The notes under the pieces: model-generated
What the model saw: the letters and a program-made list of their open reading frames with translations, nothing else
Told to the model about the DNA's origin: nothing
The model's database searches: none
NCBI GenBank assembly: GCA_044892525.1
Contig: CM097886.1
Span: 100,316,001 to 100,380,000 of the forward strand
Source: Schmidtea polychroa
Lineage: Eukaryota
DNA length: 64,000 nucleotides
Direction of reading: 5' to 3'
Shown: positions 55,767-64,000 of the stretch, piece by piece
Layout: every line of letters starts with the position of its first letter
Position numbering within the stretch: position 1 is the first letter of the stretch
Program-made: the position numbers and the translations under genes

Positions 55767-56633
55767 CTAAACCGGACTAGGGCTTCTTCGAATGTTATTT
55801 TTAAACCAGCATTGATTTATGTGATGACCCATTCTCTGGCAATGACTGCATTGAAGAGTTCTTTCTCTTTCCTCATTTGGACTGTCTGTTGACTTTCTTG
55901 GTTCAAATTTCACTCTGAACTTGGGAGATGGACTGGTTGATCTTTGAAGCAAGTTATCGCTGACTGGGGTTATATATCTATCTCTAGGCTCATTGATAAT
56001 CGCAAATGATTCCGCCTTTGACTGAGTCGTTTTAAGATTCATTTTAATTCTCATGGCTTTTCTAATCAAGTCATCAAAATTTGTAAAATCAACAAAACAC
56101 AAAGCCTTTTTGATTTCTTTCTTGACTCCCGTCAAAACTTGGTCCTGAAGTAATTCTTTGACTTGCTTTGCCACTTCTTCTTGATCTGGCTTTACTTCGA
56201 ACGCTTTCTCTGCAAGAGTAGTTAAATGATAAGCAAACTCACTTATAGATTCATCGGGCTTTTGCACTCGACTGTAAAACTTTTGACGCATCATTCTCTT
56301 TATATCTCCTCCAATCAACTTGGCTGCCAACGCATCTTTCAATCTTGTCCAATCATTTGCTATAGGTCGTTTATCAATCTGTTGCCAAGCCTCTCGTGCA
56401 GCTCCTTTTAAATATAATGGTAGACGTTGTACCATAGTTGCTTGGCTCCATCCATAAGCTGTAGCATACATGTAATAATCTGCCATAAAGTCAACAAATT
56501 CGACTGGATCTCCTCCATATTGCTCAACTGGTAATTTTTGACAACTAGCATAATCATTTCCATTGTTCGCTTGAGTAGTAGACACTGAAATTTGTTCATT
56601 GATATTTGAGTTGCTCGTCGCCATAATTTCCAA
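55767..56633 (-). CDS. gag: Gypsy Gag capsid domain plus first CCHC knuckle
   Basis: YGGDP..F..F...Y...GW...LPLYLKGAA..AW, RVQKPDESISEFA, CSHCQRMGHHINQC. Confidence 0.92.
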   Translation of the reverse strand: MEIMATSNSNINEQISVSTTQANNGNDYASCQKLPVEQYGGDPVEFVDFMADYYMYATAYGWSQATMVQRLPLYLKGAAREAWQQIDKRPIANDWTRLKDALAAKLIGGDIKRMMRQKFYSRVQKPDESISEFAYHLTTLAEKAFEVKPDQEEVAKQVKELLQDQVLTGVKKEIKKALCFVDFTNFDDLIRKAMRIKMNLKTTQSKAESFAIINEPRDRYITPVSDNLLQRSTSPSPKFRVKFEPRKSTDSPNEERERTLQCSHCQRMGHHINQCWFKNNIRRSPSPV

Positions 56634-56983
56634 GTGTTTTTTACTTCTCAGATTGTATAATTTCTCTTGGACAACTGTTTCTCATCTAAATTTTAAAAAA
56701 TTACAATTTTTAACTTTACCTTTTGTTTTAATTTTAAAATAATTTCCAATAATAGTTTTTATAAATTTTTGTAACTTTTCCACAACTTTATTTCAATATC
56801 TTTTAAATTTTTTTAACTTTCACTCTTTTATTTCAACTGCACAATTGGTTCAATTTCTCTTTTTTTAATTTAATTTCTCTTTAACAAATTCAATTTCAAC
56901 TTTAAATCTCAACAATTATATTCAACTTTCAATTATATTTAATTTTCTCTTTTCACTTTTCCACAATATTCACTGCCGACTTG

Positions 56984-57001
56984 ATCACGTCGGGCTCACC
57001 A
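56984..57001 (-). other. Primer-binding site, tRNA-Trp type
   Basis: TGGTGAGCCCGACGTGAT, 3 nt from the 5' LTR; one mismatch to the canonical Trp PBS TGGTGACCCCGACGTGAT. Confidence 0.85.
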
Positions 57002-57004
57002 AAA

Positions 57005-57811
57005 TGTTGAGTTTTTATTTGTAAGTCGGTCCTTTCTCTGACTCCTCGTGTTCTTATTTTTACCAAATTAATGAAAACTCAACACGAAATAACTTTATTT
57101 GATTTTTATCACAATTACAATTTGTCACTATTTGCACCTTTCTCTCAATTCGAATTTATTTCGTTAAGGTAAGAAACCCAAGGGGCAATTACCTTTTCTT
57201 GTACGAGTCTAGCTTCTTTATAATTCACAAATTTCCTCTTTTGACTTGTCCTTGCTGGATTTTCTGTTTAGCTTTTCCTTTTTCTCTTCAACCAAATGGC
57301 GGCTTTCTCATTTCTAAGCTCTCCTTTTATACTGTGTCTAAGAGGCCAATTATCTAGCAAATCCAAATGAATTGTTTCCCCGAGCACCCTAAGTAAATTT
57401 TGAAAGGTTCGACAATTATTTTAATTTGTTTACCCTGAAATTATAAATCGAATTATTATTACCTTATCTGGTGTCTCGGGTCTCACTGCGCATCGGGTTT
57501 TCTTCAGTGCTCGGGTTTCCCATGGGCTCGGGCTTTCCATTGGCTCGGGCTTTCCATTACAGATTAATTAATTTTAATTAATTTGTTTTTCCTTATTAAC
57601 TTTTTCTATGATCACCTTATTACATTTTTATTATGCTTTCTAACCTCGTCTAACAATTTGGCATTCAACCATACCCGATACCCCCGTTCAATATTGATTT
57701 TTAATTTTCATTAAATTTTAATTAATTTTGTACTTATATTGATTTTACCAATTTTTGTTCTGCTTTCTGGTACCATGTGAAATTTATTTTGTTTTTGCCT
57801 TTACCCCAACA
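57005..57811 (-). repeat. 5' LTR of Gypsy element
   Basis: Matches 44523-45250, with extra internal segments near 57536-57600 and 57680-57697. Confidence 0.95.
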
Positions 57812-58695
57812 AAATGTTATCACATTGAGAATCACTATTATTATTATGCATAATTATCATTACTATCTTGTCATTGTTATTATAAGTATTAGTGTTGTTA
57901 TTGTGATAATTATTATCGTAGTAATTATTTTTATCATTATCATTATTATTATGATTATTATTATTATTATTATTGTTATTATTACTAGGATCTCTTCCCT
58001 GTTCGCTTCGCTTCACCAACCCCGTTAGAACATGGGGTTAATGTTAAAGTTAATATTCAGGGTATTCTTGGACAGGAGTAAGAATCAGTTTATTAATATG
58101 TTTACATAACTATGATAAAAGATAATAGCATAAACCATTTCTAAGTAATATAGAACGATAATTAATAAATCTAGGAATGCAAATTCTACTGTTGGATTAT
58201 TAATTATAAAATCTGATTTATAGGTGAATGAAATAATCCGTCATAACTATTTAAAACAAATCTGTGTTTAACCCGTTTGCACTAAATAGACGCATCTATA
58301 ATATGGGTTGGTAATACAACTTGGTATGTACAACCCACATTACAGATGCGTCATTCTTTGTGATTGAATTTTTTGGAATGTGGTTAGACATAATTATGTG
58401 GTAAATACTTATTTAGCTACTTTAGCTATTTGTATTTAGCCATTTTAGAAATGGCTTTCAAGTAATTTTTTTTATTTAAAGTAAACTTTAAGGTTTGAAT
58501 TTTGATCCATATAGATATGAAATCATTATTCAAGCTCTCAAATGATACTTTTTATCAATATTTTTTATTATAGATTATTTTTAATTAATTTTTCAGGATT
58601 TTTTTGGATTTTTATGAAATTTTATGAAGTTATTTGGAATTATTTCGATATAGTGTAAGCCAGATATATTTTAAAATATAAATAAGCATTTTTAA

Positions 58696-60402
58696 CCTCT
58701 TGGCGGTTTAACTCGTATATATACGGGCAAACTGAATATGGATTTTTGGATTATCCCGTTATATACGGGCAGGCTTCATATTAAATTTAAATGGAATTCA
58801 ACGCTTCTGTTTCGTTTTAGATTATCCCGTATGGATTTGTACGCTGTTTGTACAAGCCCAGTATAAATTTCAGCCAATTAAAGTGCCACATTTTTGAGAC
58901 AGTACACGCCCAGCGCAAATTTCAGCTGTTCAGAGTGCCAATCAGAATTGCCGAATTGTACACGCTCAGAACAAAGTTTAGCTTATCAGAATGCCGCATT
59001 TTACATTCTATACATGCCCAGAATAAATAACAACGAATCAGAATGTGGAATTTTTATTTTGATTTCATATTATTTCGCATTTTTTTTATATTTGTTGAAT
59101 CTGAAACGCTATTTGGCTGTATGAGACGCAATTCTGCTGTATTTTCGTTTCGAAACATGCTCTACTTTATGCATGTATCTTTTCCATTCATGCAGTCTGA
59201 ACCAAATATAAATGTTGAATAATATTCGAATAAATTTCAAAGAAAATGTGTTTTTATTTGTTTTATTTTGTTTTATATATTCCGATGAAAGTTGCAATAT
59301 TTATTATCAAAATTTTGCAAAAATATATATATTTTTTACCAATAAAGATTTTGATAAAATTCTCTTATCAATTACATTGTTATAACATAGTTGTAATGTA
59401 TTGTTATATTTTATTTTATTTGTTGGTTATCTTAGTTCAATGTAAGTAATAATTCTGCACGTTGCACGTGGAGAAGACTTTTTTATCTTTTTTTTAAAAA
59501 AAATAAACTATATAGCGATAATTTATCATAGTAAATTATCGTTATAGAAAATTGAACACAAATAAAAAGATCAATAAAAAAATTTTAAAAACTATAAGAA
59601 ATTGAAATTATTCAAAGATGTATTTGAGAAGTAAATATTATTATAAACAATCAAAACTTCTTAATAAGATCCATTGTAATTATTCGAAGATATACCCGAA
59701 AAGAAAATACTATTATTCACTACCAAACCTTCTTAAAAAGATCCATTGAAACTATTCATAGATATACCTTAAAAGAAAATATTATTATATACGATCAAAT
59801 ATTCTTAAGAAGATCCATTGAAACTATTCAAAGATATACTCGAATAGCAAAATTATTAATTATTATATATTAGAAAGAAGGCGATCAAAGATCTAATTTT
59901 CCGTTTTCACAAAAACAAGGTTGATTAATTATTTTCATTTTAATAAAAGTTGGAGTTATTGTTTGCGTTCATTTACCTTTTGTATTATAATTGATATTTA
60001 GCTGTATAACATACACGCACGCCAACTGTCCCAAACAGTTATTTTTGCGGAGACTCTGTTGGCCTCTACAATTTCCCTCTAATCAACATCACCTCTACTC
60101 AATATCTCCACGTTATTTTCCTTTTACTGCATAATTAAACTAACAAGTCTTTCAACGAGAACAATAAAAATACGAACTTTTTGTTTATAAAGGGTTAGGC
60201 CAAGTCGCAATATTATTTCACGTATGTATACGGGTTAAATTTTTAGGTCGCCAAATAAAATTTATATTTTTTTATCCATATAAGATTTTGATGAAATTTT
60301 CTAATAGATAACATCCTTATAACTTAGTCTTTCATTATTGACAATAAAAAAATACGACCTTTTTTGAAACATTTTTCCCGGAGAAATGGGACCGTTAAGA
60401 GG
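58696..60402. mobile_element. piggyBac-like non-autonomous element (outer) with TTAA TSD
   Basis: TTAA/CCTCTTGGCGGT...ACCGTTAAGAGG/TTAA. Confidence 0.7.
58712..60234. mobile_element. piggyBac-like non-autonomous element (inner, nested) with TTAA TSD
   Basis: TTAA/CTCGTATATATACG...CGTATGTATACGGG/TTAA; internal degenerate tandem repeats; no coding capacity. Confidence 0.7.
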
Positions 60403-60498
60403 TTAATTAATTAGTAAAATTAATAAATAAGTAACTTGGAAAAACGATTAAAAACACAAAAAACAAGAGAAAACATTACATTACATGCTAGCTAAGTC

Positions 60499-60576
60499 CT
60501 GATTGGACCAAATTTACTATATAAGAATAACACTTGGTTGATTCCCTCAATTCTACCAACTTCGATACAGGTAAAA
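60499..60576 (+). promoter_or_regulatory. Promoter of the MIF4G gene: inverted CCAAT, TATA, 5'UTR splice donor
   Basis: CTGATTGGACC 60499-60509, ACTATATAA 60516-60524, CAG/GTAAAA at 60571; candidate acceptor TTTCAAAG near 60648. Confidence 0.6.
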
Positions 60577-60651
60577 GATTCAGAATTAGCTCAACGACAC
60601 TCCCGGAATATCAGTATATAATCTATATTACAACTAACTATTTCAAAGGAT

Positions 60652-61560
60652 TTGCCATTAATGAGCTCCTGGCTACAAGATATATACACCATCAAAATAA
60701 ATAAATTGGACTACATAAAAATGTCATGTGAAGTGGAAAGTGAAATGAATTGGAATCGTGGATCAAAAATCCAAAAACTCCTCCATCATGAAAATGGGTA
60801 TCTACCCCCTCAAATGAGACAGGACAAGATCGACGATAAAGTCAATTTGAAAAGAAATATTAAAGCAATATTTAACAAAATGACTCCAGAGAATTTTGAT
60901 TCATGTTTTAATGAAATCTCTGGCTACTCAATCACGTCAAAAGAAGATATGACGATTCTAATAGATACGATATTTGACAAGGCTATACAAGAAGAATCGT
61001 ATTCAAAAATATATTCGAAATTCTCTGCTAAAATGGTGAAGCCAGGTGAAAAAACTAGTGAATACAAATCCATGTTGTTGCAAAAATGCAAGGTAATGTT
61101 CGATAAACCTCTGAAAACCCAGATGGATGAAGCAAGAGTGAAATGGACGAAAAGAATTGACAATGAAACCGATGAAAGAATGAAGATTCTTTATGCTTCA
61201 GATATAGAAGAGCAAGTTTGCAAAGCAAAAGATAAATACTTTGGAAATATCAAATTTATTTCTGAATTGTTTTTGCAAAACGTTTTAATGGGAAGAATCG
61301 TATTGCATTGCGTAAATGGGTTATTGAATCAGTCAGACGATCCAAATGCATTAGAGGGTACATGTAAAATACTACAAGTAACGGGTAAGAAATTAGAGGA
61401 ACAACATAATGCCGACGTACAGAAGACACTTAATACAATTTTAAATCTATCGAAATCGGAAAAATTGGACATTAAAACAAAGTTCAAGTTGAAAGATATT
61501 TTGGATATGAAAAATCGGAATTGGGAAATGAGACAAGTCCAAATTGCTAGGATTCATTGA
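60652..61560 (+). CDS. Stand-alone eIF4G-type MIF4G domain protein, uninterrupted ORF (ATG at 60661 or 60721)
   Basis: IKAIFNKMTPENFD, IFDKAIQE..YSKIYSKF, MLLQKC, GNIKFISELF, LEGTCKILQVTGKKLE, KFKLKDILDMKNRNW. Confidence 0.88.
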   Translation: MPLMSSWLQDIYTIKINKLDYIKMSCEVESEMNWNRGSKIQKLLHHENGYLPPQMRQDKIDDKVNLKRNIKAIFNKMTPENFDSCFNEISGYSITSKEDMTILIDTIFDKAIQEESYSKIYSKFSAKMVKPGEKTSEYKSMLLQKCKVMFDKPLKTQMDEARVKWTKRIDNETDERMKILYASDIEEQVCKAKDKYFGNIKFISELFLQNVLMGRIVLHCVNGLLNQSDDPNALEGTCKILQVTGKKLEEQHNADVQKTLNTILNLSKSEKLDIKTKFKLKDILDMKNRNWEMRQVQIARIH

Positions 61561-62171
61561 ACTCTCGAAAGGAAAATAACGAAAATTTTTATTTCTTATT
61601 TTGGATTTAGTTGAAAAAGTTTATGTATATGATAAACAGTAAATAAATTTATTAAACGACAAAATTGCTTTTCTCTTCACGTTAATGATTACTTTGGTTT
61701 TATGAACTACTTGATTTGCCATGGAGCTTCAGTGATGGTATTGTCCCAGGATCAGGACCATGAGGAATATGTCAATATGCCAAGAAATTTATGATCATGA
61801 TAGTAGAATGATGCGACATGATTCACTCAGATTGCACGGGGAATGTGAATACATTTGGAAAGTCGGAATAGTTCGGAGAAAGGTTGATGGAACACCGAGA
61901 GTTATAATAATCTTTCTTTGGGAAAGTTCCATAAGGATGGGATGAGTTGAACGAGAACCACAGGTAATGCGAGCATCAGGTAATAGTACCAGGGGAGGAA
62001 GTGAGACTGAGGTTGCGATGGTAGAATGAGGAATGTTAGGCATTAGGTGAAAAATTGATGACATTTGAGTGAGAGTGTATGTAGTGTGATTCTCGGGAGA
62101 ATACAATCACTGAATGCTGGTAGCAAATTTATAATTATAGTATGATATCACTGAATCGTATTAGCATAGAC

Positions 62172-64000
62172 CATGGGTGGGCAAGTGCGGCCTAAAAAAA
62201 CAAAATTGCGGCCTTCAGAACGATTAGAAATGTATAATGTTTGCGGCCTTCAAATCCTTTATAAGGGATTTTGTATATTATCGTTAATTAAAATCGTTCA
62301 TTAAACTTTTATCAGTTGGTCATCTCATTCATTTCAAAGTTATCACCATTCAATAGTAGCCTACACGCCTTCAAATATAATATATTCTTTGCTATCATAA
62401 CGAATTGGTCTCTGTAACACTCATAAGAAATTGTGGGTATAAATTACATTACATTCGTGAGCAAGAAGAATTAGTTGTTTGGCATATAAAGAGTAATTGA
62501 CAAAAGCAGTTGGGCTAGTCAATAAGGAAAGGCAATACCCGTACACACATATACTAGTGTGGTTAAATATCTATACGTGGGTGTGAAAACAGGAGAGTGT
62601 GAAGTATTGTTATTCGTTGTCAAATTGCGTGGTAGCTTATCTATTATTGGTTAACACTCAGTCGGGTGATAACAGCTGCCATTTTTCATTTCAAATCATT
62701 ATTTGTTGAGTGAAGCTGCCGAGCATACGTAAGTTCTATTGAGACGTATTGTCTTGTCTATTGGGATTACAGCGTTCTATCATAATGACAGGCAGATCAT
62801 GCTTGCTATTGACTTCTCATGTACTCTTATTCAGTATAATCAATTGATTAACAAATAATTAATTGAGTATTGACAATTTGTTATATTCCTTCTTTGCAGC
62901 TCATCATCCTTTGTTCTTTCCATGCCGAAACCACATTTATGTAAGAAATCCAGAACATTGGAAAGTGAGAATCGACAATTCAGTGAAGAATGGAAGTTGG
63001 ATTTCTACATGTCTAACAATGACAGCACAATGATGTGTCTGAGATGCAAACAACAAATAAAAACATTGAAACGATCTAATGCGAAACAACATTATGAGAG
63101 CTGCAAGTCGTATATGAAGTACATGACACTAGAAGGTGAGGCAGTGGTTGCTATTGTATGGACATAAATAACTTGTAAATGTTTTATATTTTTCCGCACA
63201 AAGGTGAAGCAAGGAAGCAAGCCTACGATGCACTGAATAGTAATCATGCAAAAGAAGCGGGATTGTTTTCCACGTTCAAGTCAAGTGGTCACAATCCAGC
63301 GGTGGAGGCAACTTACCGTGTTGCATTCCAACTTGGTGCTGCAGGGAAGCCTTATTCTGATGTGGAATTATTTAAAACATGTCTTCTGGAAGTGGTGCAG
63401 TGCCTTGAACCATCACAAATTCAAAAGTACAAGGAATTGCCTTTGTCTCGACGGACGATAGTAAGACGTCAAGAAGAGCTAGCAGTTGATGTACTGTTCT
63501 CTATGGCACTCGACAAATCGTGTGATGCTTCCGACACCTCACAATTACTTATCTATATCCGTGCTACAACGTCGTCATTCCAAGTCCATGAAAAATTATT
63601 GGCTGTGATTAGTATGAAGTCAACCACACGTGCACCTGACATTCTTGCCCAATTGAATAAAGTATGCGAAGAAAAACAATTGGACCTGGCCAAGCTGGTT
63701 TCCGTGTGCACTGATGGCGCACCCGCAATGATTGGCAGCACTGGAGGATTTGTCGCACTTCTGACAAAGCAGCTACGATCTCAATGGCCACATTTACCAA
63801 CCTTAATGTCACTACATTGCATCATTCATCAAGAGGCGCTGTGTGCAAAGTCTGTAACATTAGACAATATTATGGAGGAAACAATCTCTATTGTGAATTT
63901 CATACGTTCCCGTGCACTTAACCACAGACAATTCCGGCAGCTACTTGTGGATGATAATTCTACTGATAAGGAAGATGTTCTCTACTATTCGAATGTTCGT
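62172..64000 (+). mobile_element. Charlie/SPIN/Buster-type hAT transposon, 5' part
   Basis: Terminus CATGGGTGGGCAAGTGCGGCC followed by a GTF2IRD2/SPIN-like transposase. Confidence 0.8.
62922..64000 (+). CDS. hAT transposase (two exons, intron 63136-63203), runs off the window; possibly decayed
   Basis: NRQFSEEW...CLRC zinc finger, LPLSRRTI, FSMALDKSCD (E replaced by K, short deletion upstream), VCTDGAPAMIG, HCIIHQEALC. Confidence 0.85.

Larger units (their letters stand above)
44523..57811 (-). mobile_element. Full-length Ty3/Gypsy LTR retrotransposon with cargo genes (~13.3 kb including the gap), decayed
   Basis: TG...CA LTRs, 4-bp TSD AAAT (44519-44522, 57812-57815), tRNA-Trp PBS, PPT, PR-RT-RH-IN order. 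Confidence 0.96.

Noticed and set aside
57777-58028. Ile-rich and Asn-rich ORFs on both strands
   Set aside because: They are translations of an (ATT/AAT)n microsatellite.
58268-58352. TTAA/CCCGTTTGCAC end with GACGCATCT/AGATGCGTC dyad
   Set aside because: Looks like one piggyBac-type end, but no partner end was found, so no element could be delimited.
61700-62106. GC-richer coding-like fragment (ORF 61795-62106 minus)
   Set aside because: Might be a retroelement fragment, but I could not recognise a diagnostic motif.
1-64000. Whole window as a strand-biased piRNA cluster
   Set aside because: Element orientations are mixed and there are no small-RNA data; high TE density alone is not evidence.

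Overview
This is AT-rich eukaryotic DNA (standard code, spliceosomal signals, probably an invertebrate; a flatworm-like host is my inference only) made almost entirely of nested mobile elements and their cargo. (1) 1-14864: a near-complete but decayed Polinton/Maverick (adintovirus-like) element. It carries pPolB, integrase, PLA2, packaging ATPase, adenain-like protease, major and minor capsid genes and ~300-bp TIRs. An intact Merlin transposon splits its pPolB, and each TIR holds a tRNA-geometry Pol III cassette. (2) 14885-~25326: a second, internally deleted Polinton of the same lineage, joined tail-to-tail to the first. (3) 25.3-38 kb: hAT remnants and MITEs, an intact hAT element, ORFans, and a promoter followed by miRNA-like hairpins. 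(4) 39036-44035: a gag-only BEL/Pao LTR element. Its LTRs are the 5' part of a TIA-1-like RRM gene, and a ubiquitin domain precedes its Gag. (5) 44523-57811: a full-length Ty3/Gypsy element loaded with cargo: a Gag-2xUbl-Bcl-2-like polyprotein, an FN3-like membrane protein in the env position, a cupin-DEDDh exonuclease and an antisense Ubl. (6) 58.7-64 kb: nested TTAA MITEs, a stand-alone eIF4G MIF4G-domain gene and a Charlie/SPIN-type hAT. All domain calls come from motif recognition by eye; no searches were run.
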